DNA of 64,000 bases from Methanotrichaceae archaeon (lineage in GTDB: Archaea > Halobacteriota > Methanosarcinia > Methanotrichales > Methanotrichaceae), in contig CAVVKN010000009.1 of NCBI GenBank assembly GCA_963748825.1, positions 224,001-288,000 on the forward strand, written 5' to 3'. The notes under the pieces were generated by a model. The model saw only the letters and a list, made by a program, of their open reading frames with translations. It did no database searches and was not told the DNA's origin. How positions within the stretch are numbered: position 1 is the first letter of the stretch; every line of letters starts with the position of its first letter. Shown here in pieces: positions 50,279-58,672 of this stretch. Both the position numbers and the translations under genes were made by a program.

Positions 50279-50992
50279 TTGAAGAGAGAATTGATCGTTT
50301 TAGCGGTTATCGCCATGGCATTAGTTGGCATGGCTGGGGCTGCCAATTACATGTACGAGAAATCGTCTGTAAAAGGAGTGGGGTATCGAAGCCTGGAGAT
50401 TGTCATCTCCACACAAAACGGCTTTAATGGGCAAAAGCTGGTGGAGAAACAGTCCGGCTCAGGAAATGTAATCACTTCCAGAATTGAGCTTGAAGCCGAG
50501 AGGCAACCTACGGACCTGAGTTGTCCCTGGCCGACCGGGACAAATCCCATGGACTACATCAACTTCACCTCGGAGCAGGAGCTGGAGTACATGCCTGTCT
50601 CATATCAGACCGGCACTTATGACCAGAAATGGGTAGACAAGCTCTGCGTGCAGAACTACAAGATAGGCGCTGTGCTCACTGAGATGTATACCCATGCTGA
50701 GCACCTGCAGAAGACCACCGAGGTCAAGACCAGGGGATACAACAACCAATCTGTTACCCCATGTTGCACAGGCGTTCTCGAAGCCAACCTGAACAGCAAC
50801 GTCATCGGCGTTGCACACATCGGCTGGATCTCCCGTGACCCAAAGGCTGATAACAACCTCAAGGGCCGCCATGCTGAGTACGGCAGATCTGTCGAGGACC
50901 TGACTGGCGTCTTCTCCATCGAGAAGTTCATCCAGCTCTGGGGCAACTCCACATGCGGCGCAATCAGCGTTGATTGGCTGCCCTGCGTGTAA
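50279..50992 (+). CDS. Secreted Cys-rich beta protein, divergent paralogue (TTG start)
   Basis: Same scaffold as copies 1-3 with different loops (PTDLSCPW, YNNQSVTPCC); GGAGG RBS. Confidence 0.75.
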   Translation: MKRELIVLAVIAMALVGMAGAANYMYEKSSVKGVGYRSLEIVISTQNGFNGQKLVEKQSGSGNVITSRIELEAERQPTDLSCPWPTGTNPMDYINFTSEQELEYMPVSYQTGTYDQKWVDKLCVQNYKIGAVLTEMYTHAEHLQKTTEVKTRGYNNQSVTPCCTGVLEANLNSNVIGVAHIGWISRDPKADNNLKGRHAEYGRSVEDLTGVFSIEKFIQLWGNSTCGAISVDWLPCV

Positions 50993-51242
50993 GCCTTAAT
51001 TGAAAAAAATAGCGCCGCCGCATAATTCGGCGCTTATTTCCTTTTTTATAGAGCAGTTTAGGATGGCATCTCGAAAACTGCATCAATCGGGTACTTACAG
51101 GACAGCCTGCCGGGAAGCTAGCTAGTATTTAAAGGGAGAGGTAGATATAACAAAGAGACCATTCCTCTTGAGACGGTGTCTGATTAGATCCGGCAGAGAT
51201 GAGACATACATTGGATTAATGATTCAAAGAAGGTGAATTTAA

Positions 51243-51395
51243 ATGAGCAAGAAAAAAGGTGCTAAAGGAATGCCCAACGACGGGCCAGGCAAGCATGATC
51301 CCTCTAAACCACAGAAGAATAAGTCAGACGCGCCACTATTTAATAAAATGAAGGGCGGAATAACGAATGAGCGACCTCGAAAAACTCGGATCTGA
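51243..51395 (+). CDS. Small basic protein, 50 aa (MSKKKGAKGMPNDGPGKHDPSKPQKNKSDAPLFNKMKGGITNERPRKTRI)
   Basis: Below ORF-track cutoff; AGGTGA RBS; TTTAAA box about 115 nt upstream. Confidence 0.55.
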   Translation: MSKKKGAKGMPNDGPGKHDPSKPQKNKSDAPLFNKMKGGITNERPRKTRI

Positions 51396-51599
51396 GGAGC
51401 TGTGTGGATAACCGTCAATGAAATGATTGGGTATAATTCCCATCATTACCTTTTGACCGGTCCTCGCTCTGAGTGCTGCCCGGGCGCGCGGCCCGGCCGG
51501 CGTGCTCGCGTGCGGGGGGGGCGAGAGGCCAGGTGTGACGGTGTTTCGGCTGGATAGGTCAGCAGACGGGGCTTTCAGTCTGCTGATAATGTTATGCAC

Positions 51600-52718
51600 T
51601 TAATCCTGGTGCCCGTTATTCAGCAAGAGCAGGCTTATGAACATCCCGGAAAAGATGGTCTGAATTCCCAGGATGGAAAAGATCATGGCCATCATGGCGC
51701 TGGAAGCTGCGTCTAATGCCCCGAAGCCCGAGGCCCCCCAACTCAGCATGACTTTCAGGCCGAGAAGGACGCCTGCAGCAAGCAAAACCATGCCGATGAA
51801 AAGCTCCTTTTCCAAGGAGTGGTAACTGATCATCCATTTTATTCTGCCCGGGCGAGAGAGGCCATAGGATGCCCCGAAGGCCTCAAAATAGAGTCCCGCC
51901 AAGAACATTTGATAGCCTATGATGAGCAGCAGGCCGCCCAGGATCAGGGAATGCATCCTTGATCCTCCCTGCAGATACACTCCCCCAGATAGAGCCAGCC
52001 CAAAAACAAGGGCTAAAAGTCCGGGAACGAGAAGAAACGGCACAGGCCGATAGAGCATCATGAAACGCACATGTCTCCAGCCATCGGTAAAGGAGTGCAA
52101 CTTGGAGAGTCCTTTGCGAGGGGAGTAGGTGATGGGAACCTCTGCAATTCTCAGATCTTTGCAGACAGCCTCAATGAGCATCTCGGAGGCGAACTCCATT
52201 CCTCCCGACCTGAGATTCAGTTTTTTTAGGGCATCTTTGCTAATGGCACGAAGGCCACAGTGGGCATCAGAAATGCGGCTGGAAAATAGTGTGTTCAAAA
52301 TCCAGGTGAGAACTGGATTTCCAATATAACGATGAAGGGCAGGCATGGCCCCGGGAAGGATCACTCCATTGAGCCGCGACCCCATAACCATGTCATAATT
52401 GCCGCTTTGCAGTATGGCGATCATATCTTGAATGGCTTTGGGATCATAGGTCAGATCACCGTCCATGAGAACAATGTAGTCCCCTTCCGCCTGCTCGAAG
52501 CCGGCCAAGTAGGCATTTCCGTATCCCAGCTTTTGGGGCTTGATAACCTTTGCCCCGCATGAATTAGCAATTGCAGCCGTCTCGTCGCTCGAGCTGTCTG
52601 CCACCAGGATCTCTCCCGCCAGGTCCATTTCTGCGAAGACCTGTTGGGCTCTTTGAATGCATTCGCAGATGGTCTCTGCTTCGTTTCTGGTGGGGATGAT
52701 GAGGCTTACTTTGGGCAC
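51600..52718 (-). CDS. GT2 glycosyltransferase (Dol-P-sugar synthase-like) with C-terminal TM domain
   Basis: IIPTRNE, DSSSDET, GYGNAY, MDGDLTY, GSR, DAHCGLRA. Confidence 0.9.
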   Translation of the reverse strand: MPKVSLIIPTRNEAETICECIQRAQQVFAEMDLAGEILVADSSSDETAAIANSCGAKVIKPQKLGYGNAYLAGFEQAEGDYIVLMDGDLTYDPKAIQDMIAILQSGNYDMVMGSRLNGVILPGAMPALHRYIGNPVLTWILNTLFSSRISDAHCGLRAISKDALKKLNLRSGGMEFASEMLIEAVCKDLRIAEVPITYSPRKGLSKLHSFTDGWRHVRFMMLYRPVPFLLVPGLLALVFGLALSGGVYLQGGSRMHSLILGGLLLIIGYQMFLAGLYFEAFGASYGLSRPGRIKWMISYHSLEKELFIGMVLLAAGVLLGLKVMLSWGASGFGALDAASSAMMAMIFSILGIQTIFSGMFISLLLLNNGHQD

Positions 52719-52762
52719 ATCCCTTAGCGTTGAAGTTCTATCTGTTAAGCCTTTCCTTCAAT

Positions 52763-52999
52763 TCAAAGGGTCTCCGGCTCGACCTCGTGCTTGAAAGACA
52801 GCCTGACCTTGGCCCGGAACTGCACTATCTTGCCCTCGACAAGCTTTGTGTCCATCTCTACAACCTCGGCGATTCTCATGTTTGTCAGCTTCCCGTCTGC
52901 CCTGTCTATGGCATTGCTGACCGCCTCTTCCCAGCCTTTGCTTGAGGTTCCCACCAACTCGATGAAATTATAGACGCTGCTGCCAATTGCGCTGTCCAT
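52763..52999 (-). CDS. Dodecin (flavin-binding)
   Basis: VY..IELVGTS..GWEEAV.NAI.RA...R..EV.E...G.I..FRAKVRLSF. Confidence 0.9.
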   Translation of the reverse strand: MDSAIGSSVYNFIELVGTSSKGWEEAVSNAIDRADGKLTNMRIAEVVEMDTKLVEGKIVQFRAKVRLSFKHEVEPETL

Positions 53000-53100
53000 A
53001 TTTTATAATGGTCGTTTCTCCTTGATATAATTTTTCAGGATCGACCATTTGCTTTAAACAGCATATGGTCATTGATCCGTCGCTAAAGAGGTAGCAACTG

Positions 53101-54099
53101 ATGAACCGTGGCGAAGTCCAGGAGTACATAGAAGAGCGGTATCCAGGTTTCACTATAGAGTGTAAAAAAACAATCCCCTGCCGAAACTCCCATATCTTTA
53201 TGCTGGACCTCTGCAAGGGGCAAATCAGGGACAGGATCGTGGTCAAGATCTCTCGCAACTATCAGCCCCGCGAAGTAGCTCTTGAGTTTGCCAACCTTTC
53301 ACGCTTATACTACGACTGCAAAGATGGGGCGGTCTCCTCTCCCCAGCCCCTATTTGTAGAGGCGGAGAAAGGAATCCTGGCTATGAGCCATGTGCAAGGC
53401 GTAAATCTTGCTCATATGCTGCATGAGATCAGGCCGGTGAGCCTGCAATACCTTAACAGCGCTGTAGATCTTTCTGCAATTGCCCTGGCAAAATTCCATA
53501 CACTCTTTCGTCGGGGGGACAATGAGTCGGTCAAAATCGACACCAACGCGCCCGAGGACGACATCAACCAGTTCCTCGCCGAAAGCCAAGAGCGAATGAG
53601 CGAGTGTAACCTCAAAACCATGGTCACGCCTTTCTTCGATTTCACACCCTGGAACATCATCATCAAAAATGATGGCATCAAAAATGGTCTATCGAAAAGA
53701 AGCATGATGCTTTATCTCATCGACTTTCCCAGGCTTGATTATGTCTGTACTCCCCATCTGGATTTAGCCCGGTTCAGATTCGGTCTGGAGCTAATCAAGC
53801 AGTTTCCCCCGGCCAAATTCTTTGGCCTAAACCGCTGGGATGTAGAATCTCTGTTCGATCGGTTTTTGAGCAGCTATTGTCGCGAGATGCATGTTGCTTT
53901 GAGCCAGGACGACCTCTGGCTCATTGCTCGCGCCAGGAAGGCCAACATAAGAAGGGCCCAGGATCTGACGCGCAAAGGCCGGTGCGGCTTGCAGCCCAAG
54001 CTGGAGCAGGCATATCTTCAAACCTTCAGCCGGCAGTGGCTGGATCAGGGAGATGTCTTTTCGAAGTGGCCGAGAATGGGCCGGGCGGAGAAAGCCTGA
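53101..54099 (+). CDS. Protein kinase-like / aminoglycoside phosphotransferase fold protein
   Basis: IVVK lysine, EFANL helix, DFTPWN catalytic loop, LIDF, DLARF. Confidence 0.6.
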   Translation: MNRGEVQEYIEERYPGFTIECKKTIPCRNSHIFMLDLCKGQIRDRIVVKISRNYQPREVALEFANLSRLYYDCKDGAVSSPQPLFVEAEKGILAMSHVQGVNLAHMLHEIRPVSLQYLNSAVDLSAIALAKFHTLFRRGDNESVKIDTNAPEDDINQFLAESQERMSECNLKTMVTPFFDFTPWNIIIKNDGIKNGLSKRSMMLYLIDFPRLDYVCTPHLDLARFRFGLELIKQFPPAKFFGLNRWDVESLFDRFLSSYCREMHVALSQDDLWLIARARKANIRRAQDLTRKGRCGLQPKLEQAYLQTFSRQWLDQGDVFSKWPRMGRAEKA

Positions 54100-54111
54100 A
54101 AAAATGAGATT

Positions 54112-54723
54112 CTATTCAGTTTTCTCCTCTTTTGGCACCTCAGGCTCTTCCTCTGGCACCTCAGGCTCTTCCTTCTTAGCTTGCTTCTTGGGGCCTTTGC
54201 CCATAGCCACCAGGGACGCCTTGGCCTGAATTCTGGCCAGTGGATAATCGCCCTTGGCTACCTTCTCCAGGGCTTCTATGGCACGGTTGTCTTTTAGCTC
54301 TCCCACGATCCAGGCGGCGCCTGCGCGCACATCTTTATCGGCATCGTCTAGAGCCTGAATCACACGATCGGAGACCTGTTTTCCATAAGCGGAGATGGCC
54401 ACCATGGCATTGCTCTTGACCAGATATTCTTCATCTTTGAGGGCCTCGATGAGAGCCTCCAAAGACTCTGAGGCCTCGCGCTTGGAGAGGAGAATGATGG
54501 CGTTAGAGCGCACCAGCATGTGCTTGTCCTTGGTAGCTGCGATTAGCTTCTCTGTGGACCAGCTGGGATCAGGGAGCACCGCGGGCATGGAAGGCTCCTG
54601 TGCACCACAGGTAGGACAGGCTTCCTCCACCATAGAACGGGTAACTATGGGGGCTGCCTTGTCCTCGGTTATCTTCTCTTCTGTCGAAATTTCATCTTCT
54701 TTCTTTTCTACTTCCATGCGCAT
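54112..54723 (-). CDS. HEAT (PBS lyase-like) repeat protein with CxxC
   Basis: LIEALKDEEYLVKSNA, LDDADKDVRAGAAWIVGEL; CPTCG. Confidence 0.85.
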   Translation of the reverse strand: MRMEVEKKEDEISTEEKITEDKAAPIVTRSMVEEACPTCGAQEPSMPAVLPDPSWSTEKLIAATKDKHMLVRSNAIILLSKREASESLEALIEALKDEEYLVKSNAMVAISAYGKQVSDRVIQALDDADKDVRAGAAWIVGELKDNRAIEALEKVAKGDYPLARIQAKASLVAMGKGPKKQAKKEEPEVPEEEPEVPKEEKTE

Positions 54724-54733
54724 TCTTTCGCTT

Positions 54734-55321
54734 CTATTCTACTTCAGCTTTTCCTAAGGCGAATGCTTTCTTATTCGCTTCCAGGAACCTGGGCGGCACC
54801 ACAAGGGAAAGAGCCTGAATAATCATCTCCTCAGAGAGTGGAATATGCCCGGCAAGGGCGCCCAGCATTACCACATTCATGGCCTGAGCGCTGCCCGCTT
54901 TCTCGGCCAGAGCCGTGGCATCCATGGCTATAACCTTGTCACATCGCGCTTTTATGGGGGCGATGATCTCCGAAAGAGGCGGATAGTCTGCCTTGCCGCA
55001 AGTCACGGTAGAAGGCAAGACAGGCCTGGTATTGATCAGTGCTACTCCTTCTGGCGAGAGGAAGTGGGCGAAGCGCAGGGCTTCCCCCGGCTCTAATGCC
55101 ACCAGCACATCTGCTCCGCCTGAGGCAACCATGGGAGAAAAGCGGCATCCTATGCGAGTGTGATTGATCACGCTGCCGCCTCTCTGAGCCATGCCGTGCG
55201 TCTCAGCTCCGCATACAGGTTTTCCGGCTATTACCGCCGCCCTGCCTATCACATCCGAGATCAGTATGACTCCCTGGCCGCCCACACCTACGATTACTAT
55301 GTCGCATTCTGATGTCCTCAT
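54734..55321 (-). CDS. iorB: Indolepyruvate ferredoxin oxidoreductase beta subunit
   Basis: GVGGQG, ETHGMAQRGGSV, NVVMLGAL. Confidence 0.93.
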   Translation of the reverse strand: MRTSECDIVIVGVGGQGVILISDVIGRAAVIAGKPVCGAETHGMAQRGGSVINHTRIGCRFSPMVASGGADVLVALEPGEALRFAHFLSPEGVALINTRPVLPSTVTCGKADYPPLSEIIAPIKARCDKVIAMDATALAEKAGSAQAMNVVMLGALAGHIPLSEEMIIQALSLVVPPRFLEANKKAFALGKAEVE

Positions 55322-57102
55322 CTTGTTACCTCCTTAATGGCGGATGCCGGGCAGATCGCGGCGCATACACCGCAGCCGGTGCATAGTGCATTGATCCGGG
55401 CCATATCCTTCTCGAATTCTATGGCCGGGCAACCGAAGTCAAGGCAGATCTTGCATCCTTTGCAGTCTGCTCCCACCAGAAAGGGTTTAGGGCGAGCGCC
55501 GCTGCGACGGGCTTTGATGACGCAGGGCTGCCGGGCGATGATCACGGACAGGCCCGGGTATTCCTTAGCCCTCTGGAAGCTGTCTATTGTCTTATCCAGG
55601 TCGTAGGGATCGACCGTCTCCACCAGTCCCGCGCCCAGGGCTTTGGCCAGAGCTTCTATTGAAACCTGGACCGTCGCCTCTCCCGTGGCCGTCATGCCCG
55701 TGCCCGGATGGGGCTGATGGCCGGTCATGGCTGTAGTGGAGTTGTCGAGAATAGTCACGGTGATCCTGGCCTTGTTGTAGGCGGCATTGAGAAGGCCGGT
55801 CATGCCTCCATGCAGAAAGGTTGAGTCGCCGAGACTACAGCATATGCCTTCATTCTCCCCGCCGAAGCGAATGCCGCTGGCCAGAGTGATGCTTGCTCCC
55901 ATGCACAGGCAAGTGTCCACAGTTCCCATGCCAACCGCCATGGTGTAGCAGCCGATGTCGCTGGGGTAAACTGCATTCTTGCCGAAGACCTTTCGCATGG
56001 CATAATAGGTGGCCCGGTGGCTGCATCCGGCGCATAGCGAAGGGGGCCGGGGCGGCAGAATGCTCACGGCTGCATTCTGCAAAGCTAGCTTCTCCGTCTT
56101 GCCAAGCATGCGGGCTATGGCATTTCTCACCAGCAAATAGTCCAGTTCACCCTCGCGAGGGATGAATCCCTCCTTTCCCAGGATCTCCACATTGGGATTG
56201 ACCTTTCGGGCTAACATCTGCACCTGCTCTTCTACCACCGGCTCCAGCTCTTCTATTACCATTACCCTGGAGACGTGCTCCAGCATGCGGCTGATCAATT
56301 TTTTGGGCAGGGGAGAGGCTCCGATGCAAAGCAATGAGAGGTCTTCATCCAGCTCGAAAATAGCTTCCTTCGCGTACATTCCTGCGATTCCTGAGGCGAT
56401 GATTCCTACGTTGCCATGCAGATCGAGCCTGTTCCAGGGCGCGCTTTCCAGCGCCTCCTCGATGGCGGCCTGTTTGGCCAAAAGCTCGCTATGAAGCGGC
56501 CGGGCATGGCTGGGCAGGGCCACTCGTCGCGCAGGATTCTTGACGAACCGGCTCTGTCCGCAGGGGGCCTTTGCCTGGCCGATCTCTACGTCCGCTCTGG
56601 CGTGAGAGACGCGCGTAGTGGGCCTGAGCATGACCGGGATATTGAATTTCTCGGAGAGCTCAAAGGCAAAAACGGTCATCTCCTTTGCCTCTCCGGGATT
56701 CGCTGGATCCAGGCAGGGTATGCCGGCAAACTGGGCATAACGCCTCGAATCCTGCTCATTTTGCGAGGAATGGCAGTAGGGATCATCGGCACAGATCACC
56801 ACCAGTCCCGCGCCCACGCCCAGATAGGCAAGGGTCATGAAGGGATCTGCTGCCACATTCAAGCCCACGTGCTTCATGGTAGCCGCAGCGCGCCGGCCAG
56901 TCCAGGAGGCTCCTGCCGCCACCTCCAGGGCTACTTTCTCGTTCACGGACCATTCCACGTGCGGCGGCCTCTCACTCTTGACATCGACCAGCGTTTCTAT
57001 GATCTCTGAGGAGGGGGTGCCGGGGTAGCCGGCGACAAGCCCCACTCCTGCCTCCAGGAGGCCTCTGGCAATTGCTGCGTTTCCGAGAAGATATTCTCTC
57101 AC
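55318..57102 (-). CDS. iorA: Indolepyruvate ferredoxin oxidoreductase alpha subunit
   Basis: GYPGTPSSEI, NEKVALE, MKHVGLNVAAD, SQNEQD, CAGCSH, GDST, C-terminal ferredoxin. Confidence 0.95.
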   Translation of the reverse strand: MREYLLGNAAIARGLLEAGVGLVAGYPGTPSSEIIETLVDVKSERPPHVEWSVNEKVALEVAAGASWTGRRAAATMKHVGLNVAADPFMTLAYLGVGAGLVVICADDPYCHSSQNEQDSRRYAQFAGIPCLDPANPGEAKEMTVFAFELSEKFNIPVMLRPTTRVSHARADVEIGQAKAPCGQSRFVKNPARRVALPSHARPLHSELLAKQAAIEEALESAPWNRLDLHGNVGIIASGIAGMYAKEAIFELDEDLSLLCIGASPLPKKLISRMLEHVSRVMVIEELEPVVEEQVQMLARKVNPNVEILGKEGFIPREGELDYLLVRNAIARMLGKTEKLALQNAAVSILPPRPPSLCAGCSHRATYYAMRKVFGKNAVYPSDIGCYTMAVGMGTVDTCLCMGASITLASGIRFGGENEGICCSLGDSTFLHGGMTGLLNAAYNKARITVTILDNSTTAMTGHQPHPGTGMTATGEATVQVSIEALAKALGAGLVETVDPYDLDKTIDSFQRAKEYPGLSVIIARQPCVIKARRSGARPKPFLVGADCKGCKICLDFGCPAIEFEKDMARINALCTGCGVCAAICPASAIKEVTR

Positions 57103-57202
57103 AAATAACCATCCCTTTAATATAACTGGATTAATGGCCTCTCCACTCTGATAACCATTTGGATACAAATCTAATTAAGCCAACACCACTCGCATATTTG
57201 CA

Positions 57203-58243
57203 ATGGTAAAGTGGCAAGAAGATTCTGTAGGATCAATTTACAATTACCTGACGCCTGGCTGCCGCATCTGTCGCCAGGGGGCGAGCCTGGTGCTCTTCGT
57301 CACAGGCAAGTGTGAGCGCAGCTGTTTCTACTGTCCGCTGTCCGAGGAGCGGCGGGGTCGCGATCAAGTCTTTGCCGATGAAATGCCGGTGCAAGAAATA
57401 TCTGACATCCTGAAGGAAGCTTCTGCCATCGACGCTCTGGGCACAGGAATCACGGGCGGCGAGCCGCTTTTGAAATTAGACTATGTACTGGAGTGCATAC
57501 GGTCTTTGAAGGATGCATTGGGGCAGTCGCATCACATCCACCTTTATACTGGTCTTCTTCCTGGTCGCGAGGTCTTGGAAAGGCTAAAGCAGGCCGGACT
57601 GGACGAGATCCGCTTTCATCCTCCTATATCCGAATGGTCTAATCCCTTCGGGCTGAAGGAGGCCCTGCAGCAGGCAAAAGCCCTGGGCCTGATAGCAGGC
57701 GTAGAGATACCTTCCATTAAGCCCGCTCCCGCCATCATCGAGGCGGTAAGGGATGCTGATGCTTTTTTGAACGTAAACGAGCTGGAGTTCTCTGAGACCA
57801 ACTATCCTAGCTTGGCCGAAGCGGGCTTTTTGCCGGAGGATCTGGGCTCTGGAGCCATAGGAAGCGAAGAGGTCGCCAGGGAGCATTTCCTGAAAGATGA
57901 CATAAAAGCGCACTTTTGCCCTTCCTGCTTCAAGGATGCAGTGCAGCTTAAAGAGCGACTCTTGCGCCGGGCAAATCGAACGGCGCGGCCCTTTGATCAT
58001 GTGAGCGAGGAAGGCACCATAATCCATGGCATAATTGAGGGAGATTTGCAGGCAGCTCTGCAGATTCTTGGGGACCTGGCGGTTCCGCAAGATATGTACT
58101 CCCGCCTGGAAGAGAGGATAGATATCGCCGCCCCCATACTAGAGGATATAACGAACGAGCTGAAAAGCGCCTCATGTATTCTGAGTATAATTGAGAAGTA
58201 TCCCTTTGAGGATGGACTGGTCGTAGAGAGAATACCTTTATAA
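57203..58243 (+). CDS. Archaeal radical SAM protein
   Basis: GCRIC..G..LVLFVTG.CERSCFYCP, ITGGEP, LDEIRFH. Confidence 0.9.
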   Translation: MVKWQEDSVGSIYNYLTPGCRICRQGASLVLFVTGKCERSCFYCPLSEERRGRDQVFADEMPVQEISDILKEASAIDALGTGITGGEPLLKLDYVLECIRSLKDALGQSHHIHLYTGLLPGREVLERLKQAGLDEIRFHPPISEWSNPFGLKEALQQAKALGLIAGVEIPSIKPAPAIIEAVRDADAFLNVNELEFSETNYPSLAEAGFLPEDLGSGAIGSEEVAREHFLKDDIKAHFCPSCFKDAVQLKERLLRRANRTARPFDHVSEEGTIIHGIIEGDLQAALQILGDLAVPQDMYSRLEERIDIAAPILEDITNELKSASCILSIIEKYPFEDGLVVERIPL

Positions 58244-58281
58244 TCCTTAAATTCATTGCTTGAAGGCGGTGATTTTGCCGG

Positions 58282-58584
58282 ATGGAAAGCGCTGAAGAAC
58301 GAATCCAGGAGAGGCTCAGAAATTATCTTAAACGGGACGGAATAGGAATTAGGAAGGCTGTCTTAAAGTTGTTTTTGAGCGATGGAGCTTACACCACTGA
58401 GGACGTCTTCACCTACCTCGCGAAAGAGGGTTTTGACGTCAGTTATCGCGGAGTTTCGGCCATGGTGGGGCTCATGAACACTCGCCTGGGCATTCTGAGC
58501 ATTGACGTTTCCGGGGACCATAACGTCTATTCCCTCAAGGGGGATCACAAGGGTGTTGTGAGGTCTGTTCTCGAAAATTATTAA
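58282..58584 (+). CDS. Conserved methanogen protein (DUF2551-like, wHTH)
   Basis: RLRNYLKRD..GIRKAVL...SYRGVSAMVGLMNTRLGIL. Confidence 0.75.
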   Translation: MESAEERIQERLRNYLKRDGIGIRKAVLKLFLSDGAYTTEDVFTYLAKEGFDVSYRGVSAMVGLMNTRLGILSIDVSGDHNVYSLKGDHKGVVRSVLENY

Positions 58585-58672
58585 AAGCTGAAATTTATAA
58601 AATGTTGACACCATCGGCATAATCACGATATTACTATCGCTTATGCCGCTTGATGCCGATAACGGCGATGCA

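Noticed and set aside
44210-50992. Diversity-generating retroelement (template/variable repeat) explanation for the repeated genes
   Set aside because: No reverse transcriptase in the window; repeats are whole genes and the differences are not adenine-specific
51336-51599. 87-aa minus-strand ORF with a GC-rich stretch
   Set aside because: Low complexity, no recognisable family; at most a decayed remnant
54133-54174. 21-nt tandem repeat in the HEAT protein tail (EEPEVP x2)
   Set aside because: Ordinary in-frame duplication in a disordered tail
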